From an uncultured bacterium (GTDB taxonomy: Bacteria; Electryoneota; RPQS01; CBDVBD01), in NCBI GenBank assembly GCA_965372135.1, contig CBDVBD010000003.1, positions 1 through 52,113 on the forward strand: a DNA stretch of 52,113 nucleotides. The letters are read 5' to 3'. The notes under the pieces are model-generated. The model made no database searches, was not told the origin of the DNA, and worked only from the letters and a program-made list of their open reading frames with translations. This document shows positions 1 through 8,191 of this stretch, one piece after another (positions within the stretch are counted from its first letter, which is position 1; the number at the start of each line of letters is the position of its first letter). Made by a program: the position numbers and the translations under genes.

Positions 1-14
1 GAGGCGCATACCGA

Positions 15-1016
15 ATGATACCGTCATCGGCTGAATTCGCAAACCCCTGGGCATTTGCGGGATTGATTCTTATTCCAGTACTGGTGTATTTTTATTTTCG
101 CAGGTCACAGCGGCAGTATTCGGATTTTCGGTATCCATCGTTGACGTTGGTTTCCAAGTTGCCCAAGACGGCGGTGCAGCGATTGCGATACTTGCCGGCA
201 GTGCTACGGTGGGCGGCATTGGGATTGTTGATTGTGGCGTTGGCGCGACCTCAGATGACATCTTCCGAGGAGCAGATATTCGCAGAGGGAATCGATATTA
301 TGTTGACGCTGGACATTTCCACCTCGATGGCGGCGATGGATTTCGAACCGAAAAACCGGTTGGGTGCAGCAAAGAAAGTAGCGGCGGATTTTGTGGATCA
401 CCGCACCAGCGACCGGATCGGGCTGGTGGTGTTTGCGGCGCAGAGTTTTACGCAATGTCCGTTGACGCTGGATTACCGGATATTGAAGGGATTGATGTCC
501 AAGGTGGAAATGGGGATGGTGGAGGACGGCACCGCAATCGGGATGGCGATTGCCAATGGGGTTAATCGATTGCGCACCAGCACCGCAAAAAGCCGGGTGA
601 TGATTTTGCTGACCGACGGGCAGAACAACCGGGGGGAATTGGATCCGATCACAGCGGCTCAAACCGCAGCAGCATTGGGGATTAAGATATATACCGTAGG
701 CGTGGGAACCCGAGGGACGGCGCCCTATCCTCAGCAAACCCGGTTCGGAACCCGGACGGTGCAGATACCTGTCAACATCGATGAGGAGATGTTGCAGGAA
801 ATCGCCGATATTACCCAGGGGCGGTATTTCCGAGCGACAGACACCAAGGAACTTCAGGAAATCTACCGGGAAATAGACCGCTTAGAAACGTCCAGGGTCG
901 AAGTCACGCATTACCGGCGGGTGGCGGAATTGTTTTATCCGTATTTGGCGTTGGCGTTGTTGTGCTTGGCGGTGGAGGCGATTTTGGCGCGGACACGGTT
1001 TCGGAAAATTCCGTAG
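15..1016 (+). CDS. batA: BatA-like VWA domain membrane protein
   Basis: N-terminal BatA-type TM segment (FANPWAF...), MIDAS motif DISTSM, GTAIG and LLTDG motifs, C-terminal TM; first gene of a VWA-VWA-TPR-BatD-TPR/SH3 run. Confidence 0.9.
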   Translation: MIPSSAEFANPWAFAGLILIPVLVYFYFRRSQRQYSDFRYPSLTLVSKLPKTAVQRLRYLPAVLRWAALGLLIVALARPQMTSSEEQIFAEGIDIMLTLDISTSMAAMDFEPKNRLGAAKKVAADFVDHRTSDRIGLVVFAAQSFTQCPLTLDYRILKGLMSKVEMGMVEDGTAIGMAIANGVNRLRTSTAKSRVMILLTDGQNNRGELDPITAAQTAAALGIKIYTVGVGTRGTAPYPQQTRFGTRTVQIPVNIDEEMLQEIADITQGRYFRATDTKELQEIYREIDRLETSRVEVTHYRRVAELFYPYLALALLCLAVEAILARTRFRKIP

Positions 1017-1021
1017 GAAGT

Positions 1022-2095
1022 ATGTTTTCAGACATCATCTATACATTAGACAGCTTATTTGGACCGCAGATTCGGTTCGGACATCCGGCAGCGCTGCTGT
1101 TGCTGATCGCGATCCCGGTGGGATGGGTTTTGATTCGATTAGCACGGTACCGCCGGCAACGGGAAACTCGGGCTTTTGTGAGTGATGCCTTGGTCGATCG
1201 AGTAGCATACGACCGCAGCTTACGAAAAACACGGATTCGGGATATGTTGCTGCTGGCAGGTGCGGGATTGTTGATCGTGGCGTTGGCTAATCCTCGAGTG
1301 GGAACCCGGTTGGTGGAGGTCAAACGCGAGGGAGTGGATATCGTGGTGGCGTTGGATGTGTCGCTGTCGATGCGAGCGGAAGATATCACGCCGTCACGCC
1401 TGGAAAAGGCGAAGCACGAGGTTCAGGGATTTATTCAACGCTTGAAGGGTGACCGGATCGGATTGGTGGCATTCGCCGGAGCGGCGTATTTGCAGTGTCC
1501 GTTGACCACGGATTATTCGGCGGCGCGAATTTTCTTAGACGTGCTGGATACAGATTTGATCCCGGTGACCGGAACCGCGATTGCGGAAGCACTGCACACA
1601 GCAATGGGAGCGTTTCAGGCTAAGCAAGCCACCCAGAGGGTGATCGTGTTGATTACGGACGGTGAGGATCACAAAAGCAAGGTGATCGAAGCGGTAAGAG
1701 ACGCGGCGGAACGGGGAATTGTTATCTACGTGGTGGGAATGGGGACTCCGGAAGGGGAACCGATTCCAATTATCGATGCCAAGGGTCGTCATAAGGGGTA
1801 CAAGAAAGACCGGGACGGCACAACGGTGGTGTCGCGGTTGGACGAAGAGTTGCTGACGGAAATCGCCGACATCACCGGCGGGGCATATTATCAAGGCACT
1901 CCCGGGGAAAACGAATTGGATAAGATCTATCAGAAGATTTTCAGCATGGAAAGAGGGGAAATCGACGCCCGGGAATTTACCGATTTCGAAGACCGGTTCC
2001 AGTGGTTTTTACTGCCGGGTTTGTTGTGTTTTGCGGTGGAAGCTTTGGTGGGTGAAACCCGCTCCAGAAGGGCATTACGACGAAAGGCGGCGTAA
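1022..2095 (+). CDS. batB: BatB-like VWA domain membrane protein
   Basis: DVSLSM MIDAS, PSRLEKAK, PLTTDY and LITDGEDH motifs; ATG at 1022 just after the batA stop is preferred over the track start at 962. Confidence 0.88.
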   Translation: MFSDIIYTLDSLFGPQIRFGHPAALLLLIAIPVGWVLIRLARYRRQRETRAFVSDALVDRVAYDRSLRKTRIRDMLLLAGAGLLIVALANPRVGTRLVEVKREGVDIVVALDVSLSMRAEDITPSRLEKAKHEVQGFIQRLKGDRIGLVAFAGAAYLQCPLTTDYSAARIFLDVLDTDLIPVTGTAIAEALHTAMGAFQAKQATQRVIVLITDGEDHKSKVIEAVRDAAERGIVIYVVGMGTPEGEPIPIIDAKGRHKGYKKDRDGTTVVSRLDEELLTEIADITGGAYYQGTPGENELDKIYQKIFSMERGEIDAREFTDFEDRFQWFLLPGLLCFAVEALVGETRSRRALRRKAA

Positions 2096-2099
2096 GAAT

Positions 2100-2834
2100 A
2101 TGCGGTATATTTTTATCAGTTTGCTGTGGTGCTCCATTATGATTTCTCCGGTGTTAGGGCAATCGGGACGCACGCTGGTCAACGAAGGAAATAAGCTGTT
2201 CGACCAGGAACAGTACGACCAGGCGTTGTCGAATTATAAGGAGGCATTGGAAAAGCAGACGCCGGAAGATATTATCCGCTACAACTTAGGGAACGTATAT
2301 TACCGGAAGGATAATTACGATTTAGCGGAGCAGGAACTGGAGTCAGCGATCGAGTCCGATGATCCGGAAATGCAGGTTCGGGGGTATTTCAACCGGGGGA
2401 ACGCGCGGTTTAAGCAGCAGCAGTTCGATAAGAGTATCGAAGATTATATCGAAGTGCTTAAGCGGCACCCCGAAGACATGGGCGCAAAGGTTAATTTGGA
2501 ATTGTCACGCAGGATGCTGCAATACCAGCAGCAACAAGAACAGGAGCAGTGCGATAACGATTCCAGCGGGCAGGATCAGGAGCAAAAGAAGCAGCAACAG
2601 TCCCAACAGGATCAAGAACAAAAGGAACAACAGCAGGAGCAGCAATCTCAGGAATCCGAGCAGCAAGAACAAGAGGAACAACAACAGCAGATGGCTCAGG
2701 CTCAAGAAGAAGAATTAACCCAGGAAGAAGCGGAGAAGCTCTTAAATGCGCTGCAGAATGATGAGAAGGCGGTATTGCAGGAGTTGATCAAACGCCAGAT
2801 GCCGGCACAACAACCAACGGGGAATGATTGGTAA
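2100..2834 (+). CDS. batC: BatC-like TPR protein with Gln/Glu-rich linker
   Basis: Signal peptide, TPRs (YNLGNVYY, YFNRGNARF), Q/E-rich stretch, C-terminal AEKLLNAL...NDW typical of BatC; ATG at 2100. Confidence 0.85.
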   Translation: MRYIFISLLWCSIMISPVLGQSGRTLVNEGNKLFDQEQYDQALSNYKEALEKQTPEDIIRYNLGNVYYRKDNYDLAEQELESAIESDDPEMQVRGYFNRGNARFKQQQFDKSIEDYIEVLKRHPEDMGAKVNLELSRRMLQYQQQQEQEQCDNDSSGQDQEQKKQQQSQQDQEQKEQQQEQQSQESEQQEQEEQQQQMAQAQEEELTQEEAEKLLNALQNDEKAVLQELIKRQMPAQQPTGNDW

Positions 2835-4681
2835 TGGGCTACGGGCACAGCATAGCAAGATCACGAAACGGGATGATGACCAATCGTCCTGCGATCTGGT
2901 TGGTTATGACAGGTTGCTGCTTAGTGGTGGCGGGATTCGCCCATGGACAGTCTTTAACCGCCAGTGTGGATCATACCATCGTGTACCGCGGGGAACAGTT
3001 GGAATACGTGCTGGAAGCGCAGGGAACCAGCCGGGTTAAAAACCTTCAGACACCGTCGTTCGTCAACTTTCGGGTGATTTCGGGACCCAACGAATCCACT
3101 AATTTCCAGATTATCAACGGCAGGACGTCGAGGTCAATCCGGTATTCCTGGCGGTTAATTCCCAAGATTTCTGGGAAGCTCCTCATCGGACCGGCAAGTG
3201 GAACAATCGGAAAAAGTACCGTACAGAGTAATCCGGTGACAATTCAGGTGTTGGACCCCGGAGCTCAAGCCCCAAAGGGCAAGGAACCGCCCGATGTGAT
3301 GGTCAAGGTGGATGTGTCAAAGCGGGAAGTGTATGTCAACCAGCCGATTAAACTGACATATAAGCTGCTATTCCGGAAGAATTTATCCAACTACGAAGTT
3401 TCCAAGCTGCCAAACACAGTGGGATTTTGGAGTGAGGATATGCCGGCGCCGGAACAAGCGCGGCTGCCGTATCAGATGATTCAAGGGCATCGGTATGGAG
3501 TGCTGATAATCAGAAGGGCAATCCTGTTTCCCACCAATTCGGGGGATTTGACGCTGGACCCGCTGGAGGTGACATGGCAGGTGCAGGAACGCAGTGCGAC
3601 AAGTAGGCGCCGGTCGCGCAGTGTGTTCGACAATTTTTTCGATGATCCGTTTTTCGGTTCGGTACACACCGTCACCAAATCGGTAACTACCAATCCGATT
3701 CACCTGAAGGTGAAACCGCTGCCCCTGGAAGGGCGACCTGAAGGGTTTGCCGGGGATGTGGGGCGGTACAACCTTCGCGTGAGTTTAGAACCCCGGGATG
3801 TGACGGTGAACGAAACGGTGACGTTGAAGGTGACCATCCAAGGCTCGGGAAACATTAGACTTATCAACGAACCTCAGATCGATATCCCGTTAGACATCGA
3901 ACGATACGATCCCAAGATTACTCACCATATCAACAAGAAAAGCGGGGAAATTCAGGGGCATAAGGTCTTTGAATACCTGCTAATTCCCAGAGTGCCGGGA
4001 CAGATGAAGATTCCGCCGATTTCCTTTGCTATTTTTGATCCCAAGGCAGGTGCATATAAGGTGCTGATGTCCGATCCGATGGAGATCACAGTGCGGAAAG
4101 GGACAGGATTCGCGGCACGAACCTCTACCTCCATGTCCCGGGAAGATGTTAGGTGGCGGGGGCAGGATATCCGGTACATCAAGCTGGAAGCGGGTGATTT
4201 TCGACAGTTGGGAGCTGGATTTCACCGCAGCGCTGTGTTCTATGGGCTGCTGTTAGCGCCGTTTTTCTGCTTGGTATTTGGGCTGATGTACCGGCAGCAA
4301 AGGGACCGGTTAGAGCAAGATGTGGATCGAGCACGGCGGTCTCGAGCTTATGGGAAAGCGATTAGGCGTCTGAAGACGGCAGCGAAATCGAAAGCGCAAG
4401 AAAGCGCTATATTCTATGGTAACCTGTGGAAAGTGTTAGGGGGGTACATGGGCGATATATTGAACCTTTCCGAATCAGCCGGTGGATCGATGGATGCGCT
4501 GGAAGCGCTTGCGGAAAGGGAAGTGGATGGGGAAATCATCGGGGAGATTCGGGAGATTTTCACCCGAGCGGATTTTCAACGATTCGCATCGGGAATGGAT
4601 ACGCCAGAGGATCGGGATCAGTTGTTAGTACAGACGAAGGCGATTCTACAGCGGCTGGAAAAGGGAGTGAAGGTACGATGA
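2834..4681 (+). CDS. batD: BatD family protein
   Basis: Signal peptide, Ig-like BatD repeats (ISGPNESTNFQIING, VKPLP...F.GDVG), C-terminal TM, operon position; start uncertain (2834 via TAATG coupling, or 2873). Confidence 0.85.
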   Translation: MGYGHSIARSRNGMMTNRPAIWLVMTGCCLVVAGFAHGQSLTASVDHTIVYRGEQLEYVLEAQGTSRVKNLQTPSFVNFRVISGPNESTNFQIINGRTSRSIRYSWRLIPKISGKLLIGPASGTIGKSTVQSNPVTIQVLDPGAQAPKGKEPPDVMVKVDVSKREVYVNQPIKLTYKLLFRKNLSNYEVSKLPNTVGFWSEDMPAPEQARLPYQMIQGHRYGVLIIRRAILFPTNSGDLTLDPLEVTWQVQERSATSRRRSRSVFDNFFDDPFFGSVHTVTKSVTTNPIHLKVKPLPLEGRPEGFAGDVGRYNLRVSLEPRDVTVNETVTLKVTIQGSGNIRLINEPQIDIPLDIERYDPKITHHINKKSGEIQGHKVFEYLLIPRVPGQMKIPPISFAIFDPKAGAYKVLMSDPMEITVRKGTGFAARTSTSMSREDVRWRGQDIRYIKLEAGDFRQLGAGFHRSAVFYGLLLAPFFCLVFGLMYRQQRDRLEQDVDRARRSRAYGKAIRRLKTAAKSKAQESAIFYGNLWKVLGGYMGDILNLSESAGGSMDALEALAEREVDGEIIGEIREIFTRADFQRFASGMDTPEDRDQLLVQTKAILQRLEKGVKVR

Positions 4682-5436
4682 GGGGTTGGGTTATATACAG
4701 CGTAGTGTTTTTATGGATGTCGGTGGCTTTTGCCGGGAATGTTCAGGTGCTTTTCGAGCAGGGGAATGCCCATTTCAAGAACGAAGAGTACCGTGATGCC
4801 ATCGCAGCCTACAGCCAAATCCTGGACCAAGGGATCGAGAATACCGAAGTGTATTACAATTTGGGAAATGCTTATTATAAGGCGGGGGAGGTGGCAAAGG
4901 CGATCCTGAATTACGAACGGGCATTGCGTTTAAGTCCCCGCGATCCGGACATCCAAGCCAATCTGGATTTAGCTAATCATCACATCGTGGATCGGGTGGA
5001 AACAGCACCCATGTTGTTTTTCTGGTATTGGGTGAATGCGATACGGGACGGGATGACAGCGGAAGAATGGGGGAAATGGAGTGTGATCGGACTATGGGCG
5101 GCGATGGGGGTGACGCTTTTGGCAGTATTCCGGCGCCGGGGATTGTTCCGAAGGCAGATTCGCTGGTTGGCAGGGATATTGATGGTGACGTGGGTATTTA
5201 TTTTCGCCACCACGGCATGGAAGGTCGAGAGGGATCGGATGATGGTGTATGCGGTGGTGATGGAAGAAAAGATCGAAGTGCTAAGCGCACCGGACGAAAC
5301 CGGGACGGTATTGTTTGATTTGCATGAAGGGGTGAAAGTCCGAGTGCTCAGGGAAGTCCCGAGTTGGACCGAAATTACCCTGCCCGACCCAAACAAGAAA
5401 GGGTGGCTGCCCACGGAAGTGTTTGAGATTATTTGA
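4678..5436 (+). CDS. batE: BatE-like TPR/SH3 protein
   Basis: ATGA overlap with batD, TPR (YYNLGNAYYK, AILNYERA), two TMs, C-terminal SH3b-like LHEGVKVRV...GWLP. Confidence 0.85.
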   Translation: MRGWVIYSVVFLWMSVAFAGNVQVLFEQGNAHFKNEEYRDAIAAYSQILDQGIENTEVYYNLGNAYYKAGEVAKAILNYERALRLSPRDPDIQANLDLANHHIVDRVETAPMLFFWYWVNAIRDGMTAEEWGKWSVIGLWAAMGVTLLAVFRRRGLFRRQIRWLAGILMVTWVFIFATTAWKVERDRMMVYAVVMEEKIEVLSAPDETGTVLFDLHEGVKVRVLREVPSWTEITLPDPNKKGWLPTEVFEII

Positions 5437-5469
5437 GCAGAAGTGTGAGGGTGGGAAAGTGTGAACGTG

Positions 5470-5501
5470 TCCTTCGTTCTGGTAGAGCGAAGGAATTTTT
5501 T
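5470..5501 (+). terminator. Intrinsic terminator between the convergent bat operon and barrel array
   Basis: Hairpin TCCTTCGTTCT-GGT-AGAGCGAAGGA followed by ATTTTTT. Confidence 0.65.
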
Positions 5502-6015
5502 ATTTCCTATTTCGATGCCGAAAATTTACCGCTACTCCTCCGCTGAAAATCAATAATTTGGGATTGTAGAAATGGTATTCAACCTCGATCAGACCGGAAA
5601 AAACCGATCCTACAGGAGTTTCAATCCCACCCAAAACGAAGTAACCAAACTTGGTTTCTTTCCATCCATACCATCACCTTCCTTCTTCGAGCCAATTCCA
5701 ACGATGCCCTAATCCAGCACCTAAGTAAGGACTGATTCCCTTCAGGGGGAACTCCTGTTTGAAATATGCTTTCACTATAACATCATGATACTCTCTATAG
5801 CGGAAGTAATGTACGCCAAATTCCAATCCAAACACCTCATCAAAATTAACGGGATTAATACCAGCCTGATACCCTAACACCAGTTTAGGGACATCTCGCG
5901 GTGTTGGGTATACGATTTGGACGTTGATGCTATTTATTGCAACCTGGATTACCCTGGCATGACCAAAACCTGTGACGATGATGATAATTAACAAGATGAC
6001 AGGACTTCTTTTCAT
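5500..6015 (-). CDS. Small outer-membrane beta-barrel protein with in-frame TGA at codon 114 (candidate selenoprotein, 171 aa; alternatively a nonsense pseudogene)
   Basis: The track ORF stops at TGA 5676-5674, but the frame stays open: WYGWKETKFGYFVLGGIETPVGSVFSGLIEVEYHFYNPKLLIFSGGVAVNFRHRNRK then TAA 5502-5500, supplying the last barrel strands seen in the paralogues; signal peptide, PYLGAGLG strand, GAGG RBS. Confidence 0.75.
5638..5662 (-). promoter_or_regulatory. Putative bacterial SECIS hairpin after TGA 5676-5674
   Basis: mRNA +12..+36 after UGA: GAAAG-A-AACCA-[AGUU]-UGGUU-A-CUUC; 5-bp upper stem, loop G at +24 followed by U, imperfect lower stem. Confidence 0.5.
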
Positions 6016-6030
6016 CTACAACCTCGAAAA

Positions 6031-6579
6031 TTAATTAAAAAAATACTTTATGCCACCGCTAACGATGACGATCCCTGGTAAGTCGTATTCCGTCTCTACG
6101 AAAACACCCAGCTTGCTGTAGATTGGGGATTCCATTCCAGCCAAAAAGTGGATGCCGTTGGGTTCCCGAAACTCGGGAAGTCGAAGCGGTCAATTCACAT
6201 CAAGTTCCTGTTTCCATTCAAGGGAAAACATGTGATGACCGACCCCGACGCCGAAATAATATGGCGAGTCGCTTTGCCGAGGAACGTGGTACTTCATAGT
6301 AAACTTAAAGGCAAGATCGTAAACGAACCCATTCCTTGATCTACTGAAATCCCCGACTTTCAAAGGTTTGGACCAGTAGTGGACATCGAGATTTAGGTCC
6401 AGGTCATCGATGAAACTAAGATCTATTCCTGCACCGACGGCGTAAGTTGATTTAACAGGTTCTGCGGAGTGGACATGCCCGCCGCGGAGATATACGCTTT
6501 TAATTAAGCGGTCTTGTGGAAGGGTGGTCGAGGCAAGAATCAGGATGGAAGTCAGAAAGAAAGACGTTATCTTAAACAT
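6031..6579 (-). CDS. Small outer-membrane beta-barrel protein with in-frame TGA at codon 130 (candidate selenoprotein, 182 aa; alternatively a nonsense pseudogene)
   Basis: The track ORF stops at TGA 6192-6190, but the frame stays open: PLRLPEFREPNGIHFLAGMESPIYSKLGVFVETEYDLPGIVIVSGGIKYFFN then TAA 6033-6031, 15 nt before the next ATG; ends in an aromatic beta-signal-like strand. Confidence 0.78.
6155..6189 (-). promoter_or_regulatory. Putative bacterial SECIS hairpin after TGA 6192-6190
   Basis: Perfect 7-bp stem UUCCCGA-[GUU]-UCGGGAA at +11..+27 after UGA (6179-6163), loop starts with GU; possible lower pairing CCG(C)UU/AACGG. Confidence 0.6.
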
Positions 6580-6618
6580 GTTCCCCTCGTTTATAGTTTC
6601 TAATGTATTATGTAGTTG

Positions 6619-7176
6619 TTACTTTATTCGAAATCCAAGACCTCCACCGATAAGTATCTGATCACGATCTGACCGATCAAAAGCAACTTCAATAAGCCAG
6701 TAAAGATTATTGGTAATATGGTCTTCGATTCCTAAAAATCCTTGAAATCCCAATTCTGTCATTTCGTACTTGTGCAGATGACCATAACTAGATGTACGTT
6801 CTTTCTTATATACATGAATGGTAAAACCTGTTCCCACATAAGGAGTAATTCGGGCAAATGGAATCACGTACTTGATATTGATTTTTGTCGCAAGATCTGA
6901 GTAATCCCATTCTTCAACATAATTATCGGGATACCGTGGATGAGAGAAGGTTTTTTGCCAGTATTGAACATCAACCCGCAAGTAGGCATTTGTATTGATA
7001 TTTCCAAGGTTTATGCTGCCACCATAGGCAATGGCATCCTCAACGGGGTCCTCAACTAATACATATGCAGGATGGAGTTCGAGTCCAGCAATTCGGAAGT
7101 TAGTAACAGCTTGCACTTCAACATTCAAGCAAAGGATTGCTGCAGCAATTGCGAACAATAGGAAATTATTCTTCAT
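6619..7176 (-). CDS. Small outer-membrane beta-barrel protein (OmpA/OmpW-like 8-strand type)
   Basis: Signal peptide ending VQA, amphipathic strands, PYVGTG, terminal GGGLGFRIK. Confidence 0.8.
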   Translation of the reverse strand: MKNNFLLFAIAAAILCLNVEVQAVTNFRIAGLELHPAYVLVEDPVEDAIAYGGSINLGNINTNAYLRVDVQYWQKTFSHPRYPDNYVEEWDYSDLATKINIKYVIPFARITPYVGTGFTIHVYKKERTSSYGHLHKYEMTELGFQGFLGIEDHITNNLYWLIEVAFDRSDRDQILIGGGLGFRIK

Positions 7177-7388
7177 TGCAATCTCCTTTAAATGTACTAC
7201 AAATTTGATATTTTTTTAATCCAACTCCCCTCGTGATATATCTTGGGATGGTTCAAAAGAAGAATGGCAAATCAGGCGGGTAGTCAGAATCATCCCCTCA
7301 TATAGTATCCTCTACTTGATTATACCATATTGATAATAGATGGTTCCAATATTGATGATGCAAACGCAAGCGCATTATTGAAACAAGG

Positions 7389-7420
7389 AAAGCCGACCCG
7401 TAAATGGGATCTGCTTTTTT
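7389..7420 (-). terminator. Imperfect intrinsic terminator after barrel gene 7436-7981
   Basis: Minus strand AAAGCAGATCCC-ATTTAC-GGGTCGGCTTT; resembles the hairpin at 8132-8167. Confidence 0.4.
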
Positions 7421-7435
7421 CGTGAGATGTAGTTG

Positions 7436-7981
7436 TTATTTTATTCGATATCCTACGCCGCCACCGAAAAAATACTGATCCCGGTCAGATCGATCAAATG
7501 CCGCTTCCCAGAACCAATATACATTATTCAACATAGGAAATTCCGCACCTATGAAACCCTGAAATCCCACCCTCGTTCTGGTAAGATTCGGAGAGTTTCT
7601 ACAGGTATAGGACCAGAAGTGTTTATGAATAGTAAGTCCTGCTCCGACATAAGGGATGATTTCATCACACGGTATCTGGTACTTAATGTTGATCTTAGTA
7701 GCTAAATCCGAAAAATCCAGGTTCTCATGATTTGAATAGAAAGGATCATAAATTTCACTCCAGTACAACACATCAACCCGTAAGTAGGCATTAGTATTAA
7801 TATTTCCGAGGTTCACACTTCCGCCAAACGAAACCGTGTTCCCCACCGGTTTCTCAATCTTTACATAGGCAATACGACCGCTGATCCCTGCAATCCGAAA
7901 ATCAGTTACTGCCTGTACTTCAGCACAAAAACTAATGATTAGGACAATCAAGGTGATCGGTATGAATGTTTTCCCACACAT
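7436..7981 (-). CDS. Small outer-membrane beta-barrel protein, close paralogue of 6619-7176, with loop Cys127
   Basis: Shares NLGNINTNAYLRVDV, SDLATKINIKY and AFDRSDRDQ with 6619-7176; terminal GGGVGYRIK; TGT at 7603-7601. Confidence 0.8.
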   Translation of the reverse strand: MCGKTFIPITLIVLIISFCAEVQAVTDFRIAGISGRIAYVKIEKPVGNTVSFGGSVNLGNINTNAYLRVDVLYWSEIYDPFYSNHENLDFSDLATKINIKYQIPCDEIIPYVGAGLTIHKHFWSYTCRNSPNLTRTRVGFQGFIGAEFPMLNNVYWFWEAAFDRSDRDQYFFGGGVGYRIK

Positions 7982-8131
7982 CTTCCCTCCAAAAATACTG
8001 AATTGATATCGATAGAAATCCCGTCAATCAGGTTGGTTCACGGAAATACCATAAGAGAGGCTCCAATCATTATACTTTGGTTAAAATGTCTAGTTCCATC
8101 AAAGCAGGGGCATAACATATTAAGCCCCTAT

Positions 8132-8167
8132 AAAAAAGCCGATCCCAAAATTAAGGAATCGGCTTTT
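8132..8167 (-). terminator. Intrinsic terminator downstream of the peptidase gene
   Basis: Minus strand AAAAGCCGATTCC-loop-GGATCGGCTTTTTT. Confidence 0.7.
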
Positions 8168-8191
8168 ACTTGTATAAAGTAATGGAGATTT

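Noticed and set aside
2520-2730. CAG/CAA/GAA-rich quasi-repeat, and the Leu-rich antisense ORF 2505-2705
   Set aside because: This is the ordinary Gln/Glu-rich linker of BatC; the antisense ORF is its shadow
5674-6579. Treating the 113-aa and 129-aa track ORFs as complete small proteins
   Set aside because: They would lack the final barrel strands, and the downstream in-frame sequence clearly continues the paralogous fold
7177-7435. 260-nt intergenic gap as possible riboswitch, tRNA-Sec or sRNA
   Set aside because: No cloverleaf or recognisable riboswitch motif by eye; only a weak terminator. An Rfam/Infernal scan would be needed
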